Source of the DNA: Calditrichales bacterium
GTDB taxonomy: Bacteria > Calditrichota > Calditrichia > Calditrichales > J004
Length of the DNA stretch: 64,000 nt
Assembly: GCA_965267575.1 (NCBI GenBank)
Contig: OZ254086.1
Span: 4,096,001 to 4,160,000 of the forward strand
Reading direction: 5' to 3'
How positions within the stretch are numbered: the stretch's first letter is position 1; each line of letters begins with the position of its first letter. The translations under genes and the position numbers were made by a program. This document shows positions 7,210 to 17,496 of the stretch, piece by piece. Under the pieces are notes generated by a model. The model made no database searches, had not been told where the DNA came from, and worked only from the letters and a program-made list of their open reading frames with translations.

Positions 7210-9945
7210 TTACTCGTGCGCTTCCAGCCAGTTGTCGCCCCAGCCGCAATCCACCACCAGCGGCACGCGCAGCTCAAACGCCGATGACATAATATGGCGT
7301 ACCTTTTCGGAGAAGGAGTGTATCTCGTCTTTGTGTACTTCGAATACCAGCTCATCGTGCACCTGCAGCAGCATGGCCGCGCGCGCCTTTTCCTTTTGGA
7401 TGTAATCGTGCACATCGATCATCGCTTTTTTAATCAGGTCGGCGGCGGAACCCTGGATGGGCGTGTTGATGGCCGTGCGTTCGGCGAATTCACGGATGTT
7501 GCGGTTGCGGCTGTGGATTTCGCCCAGGTAGCGGCGACGTCTCAGCATGGTTTCCACATAGCCTTTGTCCTTGGCCATCTCAATCGCGCCGCGCATAAAA
7601 AGCTGGATGTTGGGATAGGTGGCAAAATAGTTGGCGATAAACAGTTCCGCTTCATCGGGCGTGATGTGCAGGCGGTTGGCCAGTCCCCACTTGTTCATGC
7701 CGTACATAATGCCAAAGTTGATCTCTTTGGCTTTGCGGCGGTGGTCGCCGGTCACCTCGTCTATATCAATGTCAAAAATCAGCGCCGCGGTGATGGCGTG
7801 GATGTCTTTGTCACCTTTTTTAAAGCCCTCAATCAGCGTTTCGTCACGCGACAAGTGGGCCATAATGCGCAACTCCACTTGCGAGTAGTCGGCGCTCAGG
7901 ATGACGTAATCGTCACGCGAGGGGATAAAGGCTTTGCGGATAGCGCGGCCCAGCTCGGTGCGGATGGGGATATTCTGCAGGTTGGGATTGGCACTGCTCA
8001 GCCGTCCGGTAGCGGCCACGGTCTGGTTAAAGCTGGTATGGATGCGTTCTGTTTTCGGATTCAGCAGGTTTGGGAAAGCATCAATGTAGGTATTCTTCAG
8101 TTTGGTCAGTTTGCGGAAATGCAGGATCTTGGCAATCGCCGGATGCTCCGAGTAGCGTTCCAGGATCTGCTCCGAGGTGCTGATTTGTCCGCTCTTCGTG
8201 CGCTTGGGCCGGCGCAACCCCAGGTCCTCGTGAATTTTCAGCTTCTCAAACAAAATCGTGCCCAACTGCTGCGGCGAACTTATATTGAACTCCTCACCGC
8301 CAATCTCGTGGATTTCCTTCTGCAGCCGTTCGGCCTCATCGCCCATCTCGGCGGAAAGTTTTTCAAGCAGATCCAGATCCACCTTGATGCCGTGGGTTTC
8401 CATGGTCATCAGCACTTCCACCAGCGGCATTTCCAGCTTGTACATCAGGTCATCCTGGCCGTTTTCCTGGATTTTCTTTTCCAGGATTTCAGCAATCTGC
8501 AGCGTGATGTCGGCATCTTCGGCAGCATAGTTCAGCACGTCGGCGGCAGGGATGTCGGTCATTTTTTTCTGATTGCGTCCGCTGCCGATCAGCTCTTCAA
8601 TCGGTATCATGCGGTAGGCCATGTACTTCTCGGCCAGGTGCCCCAAGTTGTGCTGACGGTTGGAGGGATCAATCACATACGAGGCGACCATGGTGTCAAA
8701 ATAGAGATGGTCTATTTCCAGGCCCTGGCGCCGCAAAATGGCCGTGTCATACTTCAGGTTCTGACCAATCTTTTTGATGTCTTTGTTTTTAAAAAGCGGC
8801 TGCAGAATTTTAAAGACCGTCTCCTGGTCCAGTTTTATATCGGGATGATTCAGCGGGATGTAGCAGGCCTTCCCCGCCTCCCAGCTCAGCGCTATCCCGG
8901 CCAGTTCCGCGCTGATCTCATCCAGCGTGTCCGTCTCGATATCATAAACGAATCGGCCGGCTTTTTTGATCTTGCCGGCCACATCTTGCAGCGTCTCGCG
9001 CTCTTCAACAAGAACATACTTGCTATCGCTGCTTTCAATATCTTGAAGATCATCAGCCGGTGCCTCTTTATCTTCAGAGAGGGCCAGCATGCGGTTAAAC
9101 AGCGAACGGAATTCCAGCTCGCGCAAAAGCTTGTCGGCCACCTTCATATCCCATACATCAAAGGTGATCTCGTCCAGCTTCACCTCGATGGGCACATCGG
9201 TTTTTATAGTGGTCAGCTCACGCGAGACAAAGGCCTGCTCCTTGTTTTCCTTCAGATTCTCCTGCAGCTTGCCCTTCACCTCATCGATGTTGTCGTAGAT
9301 TTTTTCCAACGACTCAAAATCTTCAAGCAGCTTAGCCGCGGTTTTCTGACCCACCTTGGGCACGCCGGGGATGTTGTCGGAGCTGTCGCCCATCAGCGCC
9401 AGCCAATCGCGTATCTGCGATGGTTTTACACCATATTTCTCACTCACCTTTTCGGCGTCCAGTATATCCGGGGGATTGCCCGACTTGCCGCTGGCGTAAA
9501 GATAGACATTGCCATTTACCAGCTGCGCCATATCCTTGTCCCCGGAAACGATATAGGCATTGAGATCATCATCGGCAAAGCGCACGGCCAGCGTCCCGAT
9601 AATATCATCGGCCTCATAGCCATCCAGTTCCAAAAGGTGAAAATTGAGCGCTTTCAGTGTGTTGACCAGCCGCGGATATTGGGCGCGCATCTCATCGGGC
9701 ATCTTTTCACGGGTGGCCTTGTAATCGGCATACATCTTGTGACGGAAGGTTGGTTCGCTGGTATCAAAAACGATCGCCACATACTCCGGATGTTCGTCTT
9801 CAAGCAGCTTGAGCATAGTATTTAAAAAGCCAAACGTAGCCGAAGTATTTTCGCCCTTGGAGTTGATAAGAGGGTTGCGGATAAAGGCAAAATAGCTGCG
9901 GTAGTACAACGCCGAGCCATCGATGAGAAAAAGTTTTTTGGACAT
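7210..9945 (-). CDS. polA: DNA polymerase I
   Basis: 5'-3' exonuclease (LIDGSALYYRSYFA, YEADDIIG, GDSSDNIPGV), 3'-5' exonuclease (YDIET, NLKYD, YAAEDA), polymerase motifs ADYSQVELR, RRKAKEINFG.MYG, LQVHDELV. Confidence 0.98.
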   Translation of the reverse strand: MSKKLFLIDGSALYYRSYFAFIRNPLINSKGENTSATFGFLNTMLKLLEDEHPEYVAIVFDTSEPTFRHKMYADYKATREKMPDEMRAQYPRLVNTLKALNFHLLELDGYEADDIIGTLAVRFADDDLNAYIVSGDKDMAQLVNGNVYLYASGKSGNPPDILDAEKVSEKYGVKPSQIRDWLALMGDSSDNIPGVPKVGQKTAAKLLEDFESLEKIYDNIDEVKGKLQENLKENKEQAFVSRELTTIKTDVPIEVKLDEITFDVWDMKVADKLLRELEFRSLFNRMLALSEDKEAPADDLQDIESSDSKYVLVEERETLQDVAGKIKKAGRFVYDIETDTLDEISAELAGIALSWEAGKACYIPLNHPDIKLDQETVFKILQPLFKNKDIKKIGQNLKYDTAILRRQGLEIDHLYFDTMVASYVIDPSNRQHNLGHLAEKYMAYRMIPIEELIGSGRNQKKMTDIPAADVLNYAAEDADITLQIAEILEKKIQENGQDDLMYKLEMPLVEVLMTMETHGIKVDLDLLEKLSAEMGDEAERLQKEIHEIGGEEFNISSPQQLGTILFEKLKIHEDLGLRRPKRTKSGQISTSEQILERYSEHPAIAKILHFRKLTKLKNTYIDAFPNLLNPKTERIHTSFNQTVAATGRLSSANPNLQNIPIRTELGRAIRKAFIPSRDDYVILSADYSQVELRIMAHLSRDETLIEGFKKGDKDIHAITAALIFDIDIDEVTGDHRRKAKEINFGIMYGMNKWGLANRLHITPDEAELFIANYFATYPNIQLFMRGAIEMAKDKGYVETMLRRRRYLGEIHSRNRNIREFAERTAINTPIQGSAADLIKKAMIDVHDYIQKEKARAAMLLQVHDELVFEVHKDEIHSFSEKVRHIMSSAFELRVPLVVDCGWGDNWLEAHE

Positions 9946-9949
9946 GGTC

Positions 9950-9996
9950 GAGTGTGTGTTAAGGTGTTATGTTAGTATTTTAAAGTGCTAATGTGC
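9950..9996 (+). repeat. 8-mer degenerate repeat upstream of polA, inverted relative to 7166-7209
   Basis: gagtgtgtgttaaggtgttatgttagtattttaaagtgctaatgtgc. Confidence 0.65.
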
Positions 9997-10011
9997 AAGA
10001 CTTCGCGAACC

Positions 10012-10070
10012 GTCATCCCGGCCCGGCAGCGACACAGATCCCGGTGTGGCTAAGCGCCAACCGGGATGAC
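10012..10070. repeat. Palindromic intergenic element (REP/MITE-like)
   Basis: Perfect 10-bp inverted arms GTCATCCCGG / CCGGGATGAC enclosing a partly self-complementary core. Confidence 0.6.
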
Positions 10071-10092
10071 AGCTTGCTCCCCAATTCTCAAT

Positions 10093-12453
10093 TCACTTCA
10101 GGGCAACTACCGTGACGCCGGTGTCACCCTCCCCGTAGCCGCCCAAGCGGAAATCCTTGATCTGCTTGTTTTTCTTCAGGTAGCCGTGCACCGCTTTGCG
10201 CAACGCCCCAGTACCCTTACCGTGGATGATGGTCACTTCCTTCCACTCGCTGTGGCGCGCCATATCCAGGTAGCGGTCCAGTTCGTCAAGGGCTTCGTGG
10301 CTTTCCAGCCCGCGCAGGTCCAGTTCGTTGCTCACGTTGGCTGGGACATGCACACTCGTTGAAGGCGCTTTTTCGCGGATCACCTTGCCGTGTTCATCCA
10401 GTATCTCAATGTCATCCATGTCGACACTAATCTTAATGCCGTCGCGGTCAATTTCAACTTCGTTTTTGCCTTTAAAAACCTTACTCACAATTCCAATGAT
10501 ATTAAAAGTTACGGCACGCACACGCTGCCCCTCTTTTACTTCATCAATGGAGACGGTAGCCGCCGGCTTGCGGGCAGATTCGCCGTTATCCTGCAAGCTC
10601 TGCTTATGGCCGGCCAGTTCACGGCGCGCCTTGCGCACGGCATTTTTATCAGCCTGGCTTTCCTTTATTGTGCGGATTGTATTTTCGATTTTGCGGTTGG
10701 CGTTTTCGATGATTGCCGCGGCTTTTTCTTTGGCATCGCGCTCCGCGGTGCGCTCTTTCTTTTTCATCTCGGAGACACGGCTGTTATAGAGCTTTATCAG
10801 TGAATCCAGCTCGCTCTGGCGGGTGCTGATCTTACCAACCATTTCATGATAGTAAGCGCTCTTACGCGTAATGTCACGCAGCAGGCGATCGATCTCCTGG
10901 TTGGTGTGGCCTTCCAGTTCCCGGGAGCGTTCAATAATTTCCCGGTCCAGCCCAAAACGTCCGCAAATATCGAATGTAAAGCTGCTGCCCGGCACACCCG
11001 TTTCCAGGATGAACAAAGGTTCCAGCTTATCGATGTCATACTGCATGGCGCCGTTTTCCACCATCTCCTTTTCCGAAGCAAAAAGCTTCAGCTGGTTCTG
11101 GTGCGTGGAGACAAGCGTGCAGATGCCGGGAAGATTGAGCTTTTCCAGTATGGCGATCGCCAACGCCGCCCCGCTCGAAGGTTCTGTCCCGATGCCTATC
11201 TCGTCGATCAGCACAAGCGCCCGCTCACCCACATTTTCCAGGATGTTTTTCAACCCTTCGATGTGCGAGGAAAAGGTGCTCAGGTCGTTTTCAAGCGACT
11301 GCTTATCACCAATCTGCACAAAAACCTGTTCGCATACGGGAAACCGCGAGCCCTCTTCAACCGGTAAAGGAATCGCGCACTGCAGCATAAGTTGCAACAG
11401 GCCAACGGTTTTTAGAGCGACCGTCTTACCGCCCGCGTTTGGCCCGCTGATGATCAGCATGCGGAAATCGTCTCCCAGTTTTATGTTTAGGGGGACCGTT
11501 ACTTTTTCGCCGAGCCTTTTTAGCAGCAAGGGGTGCCGCGCCATGCGGATATCCCATTTCAATTCATCGTCGATTTCCGGCAGAATTGCCTTGATCTCAT
11601 GGGCGTAGACGGCGCGGGCGTTAAGGCTGTCCAGCTCGGTAAGAATGTGCAGGTTACGAATAAGGCTGTGCTTCTCCTCGCGAAACATATCGGCCAGACG
11701 CTTGAGTATTTTAATGATCTCACGCCGCTCTTCAATCATCAGGTCCGCTATCTGGTTGTTCAGCTCCACCACGGCCATCGGTTCCACGTATTTAGTGGCG
11801 CCACTGCCGGACTGGCCATGGACAATGCCCGGTACCTTATTCACCGAAAATTCGCGCACGGGCAGAACCAGCCGCCCCTCGCGCAGGGTTATAAAATCCT
11901 CCTGCAAGTGTTCTTTAAATTTTGTACTGACATGGTCCAGCTTTTTATGCACCTGTTCGCGAAGCTGGTTAAGGCTACGGCGGATAGCTTTCAGCGTGCT
12001 GCTGGCGTTGTCAAAAATCTGCCCCGAGGGCTCAATCGTATACTGCAGTTGCGACAGCATACGGTTATGCGGTTCCAATGACTGGACAAGCTCCTTAAGC
12101 GCCGGGTATTTTTCGCCAATGGCTTTTATATAGGCATTTACGTCAGAGCAGACCTCAAGAAAACCCTGCATCTGTTGGCACTCTTTTATTTCCAGGAAGC
12201 TGCCCTGGGGTTCAATCTTGTTTAACAGAATGCGGATGTCATAAAAAGACTTTAGTGGCAGGCGCACCTCCACATCGAGGGCTCGCAGCATCTGTTCAAC
12301 GCGTACAAGCTCAAAGCGCAGCGTATCCACCTTTGTAAAGGGTTCAAGACTGAAGATTCTCTCACGCCCTAATTCAGATGCCGCTTTTTCGGCTATATGA
12401 TGAAGAACGGAATTAAATCCGAGGTTTTCTTTAGCTAAATGAAAATTAAACAT
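10093..12453 (-). CDS. mutS2: MutS2 family protein with Smr domain
   Basis: GIVHGQSGSGAT, Walker A GPNAGGKT, LSTFSSH, LIDEIG.GT, C-terminal Smr LDLRG...IIHGKGTG. Confidence 0.95.
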   Translation of the reverse strand: MFNFHLAKENLGFNSVLHHIAEKAASELGRERIFSLEPFTKVDTLRFELVRVEQMLRALDVEVRLPLKSFYDIRILLNKIEPQGSFLEIKECQQMQGFLEVCSDVNAYIKAIGEKYPALKELVQSLEPHNRMLSQLQYTIEPSGQIFDNASSTLKAIRRSLNQLREQVHKKLDHVSTKFKEHLQEDFITLREGRLVLPVREFSVNKVPGIVHGQSGSGATKYVEPMAVVELNNQIADLMIEERREIIKILKRLADMFREEKHSLIRNLHILTELDSLNARAVYAHEIKAILPEIDDELKWDIRMARHPLLLKRLGEKVTVPLNIKLGDDFRMLIISGPNAGGKTVALKTVGLLQLMLQCAIPLPVEEGSRFPVCEQVFVQIGDKQSLENDLSTFSSHIEGLKNILENVGERALVLIDEIGIGTEPSSGAALAIAILEKLNLPGICTLVSTHQNQLKLFASEKEMVENGAMQYDIDKLEPLFILETGVPGSSFTFDICGRFGLDREIIERSRELEGHTNQEIDRLLRDITRKSAYYHEMVGKISTRQSELDSLIKLYNSRVSEMKKKERTAERDAKEKAAAIIENANRKIENTIRTIKESQADKNAVRKARRELAGHKQSLQDNGESARKPAATVSIDEVKEGQRVRAVTFNIIGIVSKVFKGKNEVEIDRDGIKISVDMDDIEILDEHGKVIREKAPSTSVHVPANVSNELDLRGLESHEALDELDRYLDMARHSEWKEVTIIHGKGTGALRKAVHGYLKKNKQIKDFRLGGYGEGDTGVTVVALK

Positions 12454-12459
12454 AATATT

Positions 12460-13023
12460 CTATTTGGGTAACAGATCTCTTGCTTTTTCCGCGGATACGC
12501 TGTCCAGGTCCGGCATTATCTTTTCAAAACTATCCTCACCGGAAGATAAAAAAGTATCATAAATGAATGGCGCAAAACCGCGGACGGGTTTATATATGCG
12601 GCTCTCTTCCCTGCCAACGGCATTAAGCGCCGTCGTGCCACCGGGAATAAACTCAATAACAATAATCAAAATGCTTAAAAAAAGGGCGGTTTTTATAAAG
12701 GCGAATACGGAACCGGCCACCTTATTAACAGGCTGCAAGAAGGTAAACGTGGCTACCTTATTCAGAACAGAGGCGAGAATACGGAAGAATACATTCACCC
12801 CAATAAAAATGGCGACGAAAGCTATTACTTTAGCTGCCGCCGCCGGCAAAGATTCAAAACTGGCTACAAGGTACCCTTCCAGCTGGGCGTGAAACAGTGT
12901 GGCAGTGATAAAGCCCATTACCAGGGCTACCAAAACCATCAACTCTGTTATAAGCCCCCGGAAAAGTCCGCGTATTGTAATGATTGCTATAACGGTTAGA
13001 AAAAATACATCAAGATAATTCAT
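12460..13023 (-). CDS. cvpA: CvpA family membrane protein
   Basis: MNYLD...RGLFRGLITE motif, four hydrophobic segments, NKVAGSVF; adjacency to mutS2 is a common arrangement. Confidence 0.85.
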   Translation of the reverse strand: MNYLDVFFLTVIAIITIRGLFRGLITELMVLVALVMGFITATLFHAQLEGYLVASFESLPAAAAKVIAFVAIFIGVNVFFRILASVLNKVATFTFLQPVNKVAGSVFAFIKTALFLSILIIVIEFIPGGTTALNAVGREESRIYKPVRGFAPFIYDTFLSSGEDSFEKIMPDLDSVSAEKARDLLPK

Positions 13024-13472
13024 TATTCGCCCGAAAGCAGGGCGCGCGCTATTTGCTGAACTTTCTTTCCGTCGGCCTTACCTTTAAGGCGCCCCATGGC
13101 AGGCCCCATTACCTTGCCGATGTCCTTCATATCGGAAGCGCCGCTTTGCGCGATAATCCCGGAGACGATCTTTTTTATTTCCTCATCACTCATCTGTTCG
13201 GGCAGATAGCTTTGCAGTACATCCATTTCGAACTGCTCTTTTTCAGCAAGATCGTTTCTGCCCGCGTTCTTATACATCTCAAGCGACTCTTTACGGCTCT
13301 TCACGCCGCGCATCAAGACCGTAATTATATCCTCATCCTTAAGATCACGCTGCAATTTAATGCGCTCATCCTTTACCTGCGCGAGAGTCGTGCGCAAAAC
13401 GTTGAGCTTGTCCTTCTCCCCTGCCTTTAACGCCGCTTTCATATCGGCATTCAGTTTTTCGTGTAAAGACAT
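13023..13472 (-). CDS. yqeY: GatB/YqeY domain protein
   Basis: MSL.EKLNADMKAALKAG, YLPEQMS, DIGKVMG, GKADGK; follows rpsU. Confidence 0.93.
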   Translation of the reverse strand: MSLHEKLNADMKAALKAGEKDKLNVLRTTLAQVKDERIKLQRDLKDEDIITVLMRGVKSRKESLEMYKNAGRNDLAEKEQFEMDVLQSYLPEQMSDEEIKKIVSGIIAQSGASDMKDIGKVMGPAMGRLKGKADGKKVQQIARALLSGE

Positions 13473-13486
13473 TTTTTACACCTGCT

Positions 13487-13672
13487 TTATCCGGCAAAGC
13501 GTGCGGATCTGCGCCGTGCCTGATTCATGCGTCGTTTACGTTCGTCACTCGGCTTTTCGTATCTCTGGTGTTTGCGGAACTCGGAAAGAATTCCGGCTTT
13601 TTCTGTTTCGCGCTTAAAACGGCGCATCATCTTTTCAAATGGTTCATTCTGGCGAACCTTTACCATGATCAT
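13487..13672 (-). CDS. rpsU: 30S ribosomal protein S21
   Basis: [18 protein letters not shown]...YEKPS. Confidence 0.95.
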   Translation of the reverse strand: MIMVKVRQNEPFEKMMRRFKRETEKAGILSEFRKHQRYEKPSDERKRRMNQARRRSARFAG

Positions 13673-13689
13673 CTTTATACCATTGCTCC

Positions 13690-14559
13690 TTAGTAGGCGT
13701 ATTTTTCGGGGTTTTTCAATATATCAATTTCATATTCTGCCGGCTGCTTCCAGTTACGGTCACTGGCAGCAAGCGAAAAATGCTTGATCGCTTTCTGGGT
13801 TTGTCCCTGGTTTTTATATACTTCTCCAAGATAGAAGTTGGAGGCTGCCTTAATGCTGCTCTTGCGCGTCAGGTTTATCGCGTTTTGAAGGGCTTCTTCG
13901 GCTTTGTTAAAGGATTTGGCGCTTACAAGCGCTTTACCCAGCCGATAATAATAGCTTCCTTTAACAGTGCTGCGGCGTTCGGTATCAACAGCCTTACCAA
14001 ATGCGTTTACCGCTTGCTGAAAATCGCGTTCCGCCTCATAGGCCAATCCAAGCAGGTTCCAGGCGAATGAGTAATCCGGGTCTGCTTCTACCGCGCCCTT
14101 AAGATACTTAATGGCCTGAGTGTATTTTTTCTGGTCCAGATAAACTTTACCAAGACCATAGTTTGCTTTTGCCGAAGAGGGATTAAAACCAAGTACGGCA
14201 CTGTATGTGTTAATGGCATCCGACTGCTTACCCATACTGTCCTGAAGCTTACCCAGGGCTATATAGGCTTTTTCAAACTTGCTGTCCAGCTGGATGGCCT
14301 TTTTGTAGGCGGCTTCGGCATCTTCGTAACTGCCGGTTTTGCTGTAGCAATAGGCAAGCATATAATTTGCTTCCGGAAAATTGTCATCCGCGGCGATGGC
14401 TGCCTTATATTTTTCTATTGCACCGCTAAAATCTTTATTCCGCACCAGGTTATTGCCTTCGTTATAGGCCTGACCTGCCTCGGGCTTTTTTGCGTCAGCA
14501 TCCTGAGCGAGGGCCCAGGCAAACATAATCATCAACATTAAAACAGCGCGTTTAAACAT
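13690..14559 (-). CDS. Secreted tetratricopeptide repeat protein
   Basis: Signal peptide (AWALA); about 34-aa helical repeats (AYIALG, ANYGLG, AWNLLG, YYYRLG). Confidence 0.85.
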   Translation of the reverse strand: MFKRAVLMLMIMFAWALAQDADAKKPEAGQAYNEGNNLVRNKDFSGAIEKYKAAIAADDNFPEANYMLAYCYSKTGSYEDAEAAYKKAIQLDSKFEKAYIALGKLQDSMGKQSDAINTYSAVLGFNPSSAKANYGLGKVYLDQKKYTQAIKYLKGAVEADPDYSFAWNLLGLAYEAERDFQQAVNAFGKAVDTERRSTVKGSYYYRLGKALVSAKSFNKAEEALQNAINLTRKSSIKAASNFYLGEVYKNQGQTQKAIKHFSLAASDRNWKQPAEYEIDILKNPEKYAY

Positions 14560-14707
14560 AGCGTACCTCCTGCTTGGAATTATCTTGAAAAAGCTTTTAA
14601 TTTAAAATTGTCTTGTTACTTGAGCAAATCAGATTTTAAAACGAAACAATAAAATTTTCGTGTTTAGCATCAATTTTTGCAAGATCGGATTTATAACCTG
14701 TATAATT

Positions 14708-15430
14708 TTACTCTTGTTCCTCTATCTTGCGCATTTTTTTGGCAATATTTTCTTCGATGGCAAACATCGCGTTGGGTATATCCACGTAGTTCGTTGTCTT
14801 TATTTCCATATTCTTTACAAAGCTCTCAAGCTCCTCCAGAACATAGGATATCTTCTGAGTCTCTTTCAGGCTCACTTTTATCAAACGGTTGATCTTATTC
14901 GCGTCACCCGGAAATTGTTCCGCCAGTTGAGCATAGCCGGAGATGGTTGTTGTGGAATTATTTATATAATGAGCCAGGGTTGTCAACAACTGCCGTAATG
15001 TTTCCACACGCGTTGACAGCGCTTGCTGCTGCTCCTTTTTGCGGGCCAGTGTTTCTTCTTCTATATGCCTTTCATGGACGCGGCGCACTATCTGCGGCAA
15101 CATGTTTATAATATGCGGCGATTTCTCCAGAAAGTCGTTGGCCCCCTCTTTCAGCGTCTCAATCGCGATTTTCATATCCTTTTGAGCTGTCACGATAATA
15201 ACCGGGATGTTGTGCTCCTGACGGATTTTAGCCAGCACTTCAGAGCCGCTTCCATCAGGCAGGTTGAAGTCCAGCAAAACTACATTGTATTCTGAAATAT
15301 CGAGAGATGACAAGGCTTCCACAGATTCTGCAATATCCACTTCGCACTTAAGTTCATCTTTTAAAATATCAGATTCCAGGAACGCAAAATCTTCATCATC
15401 TTCTACAATCAAAACTTTTATATCCGGCAT
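14708..15430 (-). CDS. Response regulator receiver domain fused to a HisKA-like helical domain, with no ATPase domain
   Basis: VLIVEDD, LLDFNLPD, IVTA, DFLEK; C-terminal LAHYINN..TTISGYAQL. Confidence 0.85.
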   Translation of the reverse strand: MPDIKVLIVEDDEDFAFLESDILKDELKCEVDIAESVEALSSLDISEYNVVLLDFNLPDGSGSEVLAKIRQEHNIPVIIVTAQKDMKIAIETLKEGANDFLEKSPHIINMLPQIVRRVHERHIEEETLARKKEQQQALSTRVETLRQLLTTLAHYINNSTTTISGYAQLAEQFPGDANKINRLIKVSLKETQKISYVLEELESFVKNMEIKTTNYVDIPNAMFAIEENIAKKMRKIEEQE

Positions 15431-15446
15431 ATATTCCTAACCTGGT

Positions 15447-17477
15447 TTATGCAGATTCGGCCTTACGAAAGCGCAGGTAAAATACAGTACCTTTATTGAT
15501 TTTAGTATCAAAATATATTTCTCCGCCGAGTTTGCCCATCATGTTTTTTACAAGAGCAAGCCCCAAGCCCTTGCCGCTTGTCTCGCTCGCCTGTTCACTT
15601 TTACCGCGGGTATAGTAATCAAAAATTGTCTGCTGACTCTCACTGGGGATACCTTTGCCGTTATCAGCTATCAAAAATGTAATAAAATTTTCTTCTACTC
15701 TGTGGCTAATCTCAATCTTATTGCTTTTGCGTCCTTCAGGCAGATATTTGCTGGCGTTATCGATAAGGTTTAAAAAGATATGTTTTACGAAAGCTTCGAT
15801 GGCCATTATATCCGGCAAGTTTTCTTCTATATCCACCGTAATATTTTTATTCCTCAATTCAAAGCTAAGCTCTTCAACGATCGTATCGATCAAACGCGTC
15901 ATATCGATTTTTTCATTCGCGGCACTCTTTTCGCTGGAGCGCAGGCTGGTCAGTATTTTGTCTATCATTTCCAGCTCGTTTACCACGTTTTTGCGGATGC
16001 GCTGCAATCTCTCATTCAGGTCACTTTCCATCTTATCGTATTTGCGCTGTATGGAATCAATCAGTCCGATAACGTTTCTGAGCGGTGCGTTGAGGTCGTG
16101 GGAGATCACTTTGAGCATGGTGTCTTTTTCTTCATTGGCTTCTTCCAGAAAAGCATTTGTCATACGCAGTTCGGCGGTGCGCTGGCTAACATTGCGCTCC
16201 AGGTTGGAAACAACTTCCAGGTTTTCCAGATGCAGGGCCACAGTATTGGTCAGCAAAACCATCTTCTCCAGTTCCGAATGGGTAATTTCCACGTTCACGC
16301 CCGGCTTTCCGACCATGAGAAATCCAAAGATCTTATTGGATGTACTGACCGGAACCGCGGCATACTGGCCGGAAAGATTGAGGTCCTGCAAAATATCATC
16401 AAAGGGCAGGTTTTCAACAACAAGGGGATTGGACTCCACCATATTCTTGAATAAATAATTATGGTAGTTAATCACATAGCTTTTCAGCTTATAATTGAGC
16501 TTGCGGTTTAAAATCGTCATCCCTTTCAGGTGTCCCCCGCTGAAGATAAACCGACCCGATTCGAACTTAAACATCAGGCTGACCGGAAAGCCGAAGCGGG
16601 CAATGATTTCCTTGTTCAGGTTGGCAAGGATCATATCGCCGGATTTTTCATTGCGCAGGTCGCTAAGGTACATACCGATGTTCGACACGATTTCCAGCTC
16701 ACGCTCCAGCGATTCCTGATATTGCTTAGCCTCTTTTTTGTAGCGTGTAAGCATATTGGGCAAAGCGTGCACCTGCTCGCGAAAAGCAGCCATTTTACCC
16801 GCCGCTTTTTCCAGGTATTCATTCAGCAATCTGAATTCGAAAGTATTGTTGGTTTCGTACGTAAAATTTTCCTGTCCAAGCGATAGCAGACGCAGATTGT
16901 TCATTGATCTTTTAAGCGGGACCAGAATGACGCGATCAAAAAACATAATCGAAACATAAATGAACAGACCGGAAAAAATTAAAACAAACAGGGCCACATA
17001 GCGGGCTTCGGCCTCTTTTTCCAGAATCGGAGAAGCGTCCGTTCCAATCCAGAGTTCCATCCGCTCCGGGTAGTTAAGAGGCTGCAGATCGAAATAAAGG
17101 GGCAGAACTTTTTCCTGCTCAATCTCACTTATCGTTCCCGCGGGCAGCTTTTTAATTTCTTCAAGAAAGTAAAGCGTCCCCCTGTTCACAAAACTGCCAC
17201 TGGCATAGTTGCCGGCAACATATTTCAAATTAAATACCGGCCCGATTTTGGCTACCAACTGTTCTTTTACGTGCTCAGGGTTTTCGAAGTCAGCCTGCAT
17301 CAGCGCCGCCTCTACCAGACCAAGCAACTCCTTTTTATAGTTTTTCTTTTCCGAGGTGAGCACATAGCGTGGATAAAGAAAAAAAACGGCACAATTGAGA
17401 AGCAGGTAAAGGCCAAGCGTAAAGCCGATAAACTTTGTCCGTACCGAAGCATATTTTATGAAGCGAATCAGTTTCAT
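15447..17477 (-). CDS. Membrane sensor histidine kinase (2 TM, GAF-like, HisKA, HATPase)
   Basis: H-box SHDLNAPL, N-box NLIDNASKY, DNGKGI, GKGLGL; two hydrophobic segments. Confidence 0.92.
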   Translation of the reverse strand: MKLIRFIKYASVRTKFIGFTLGLYLLLNCAVFFLYPRYVLTSEKKNYKKELLGLVEAALMQADFENPEHVKEQLVAKIGPVFNLKYVAGNYASGSFVNRGTLYFLEEIKKLPAGTISEIEQEKVLPLYFDLQPLNYPERMELWIGTDASPILEKEAEARYVALFVLIFSGLFIYVSIMFFDRVILVPLKRSMNNLRLLSLGQENFTYETNNTFEFRLLNEYLEKAAGKMAAFREQVHALPNMLTRYKKEAKQYQESLERELEIVSNIGMYLSDLRNEKSGDMILANLNKEIIARFGFPVSLMFKFESGRFIFSGGHLKGMTILNRKLNYKLKSYVINYHNYLFKNMVESNPLVVENLPFDDILQDLNLSGQYAAVPVSTSNKIFGFLMVGKPGVNVEITHSELEKMVLLTNTVALHLENLEVVSNLERNVSQRTAELRMTNAFLEEANEEKDTMLKVISHDLNAPLRNVIGLIDSIQRKYDKMESDLNERLQRIRKNVVNELEMIDKILTSLRSSEKSAANEKIDMTRLIDTIVEELSFELRNKNITVDIEENLPDIMAIEAFVKHIFLNLIDNASKYLPEGRKSNKIEISHRVEENFITFLIADNGKGIPSESQQTIFDYYTRGKSEQASETSGKGLGLALVKNMMGKLGGEIYFDTKINKGTVFYLRFRKAESA

Positions 17478-17496
17478 GATCTGGCGCTAAAGTGAG

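Noticed and set aside
7294..9825. 843-aa plus-strand ORF
   Set aside because: Antisense shadow of polA, explained by codon bias; no recognisable motifs.
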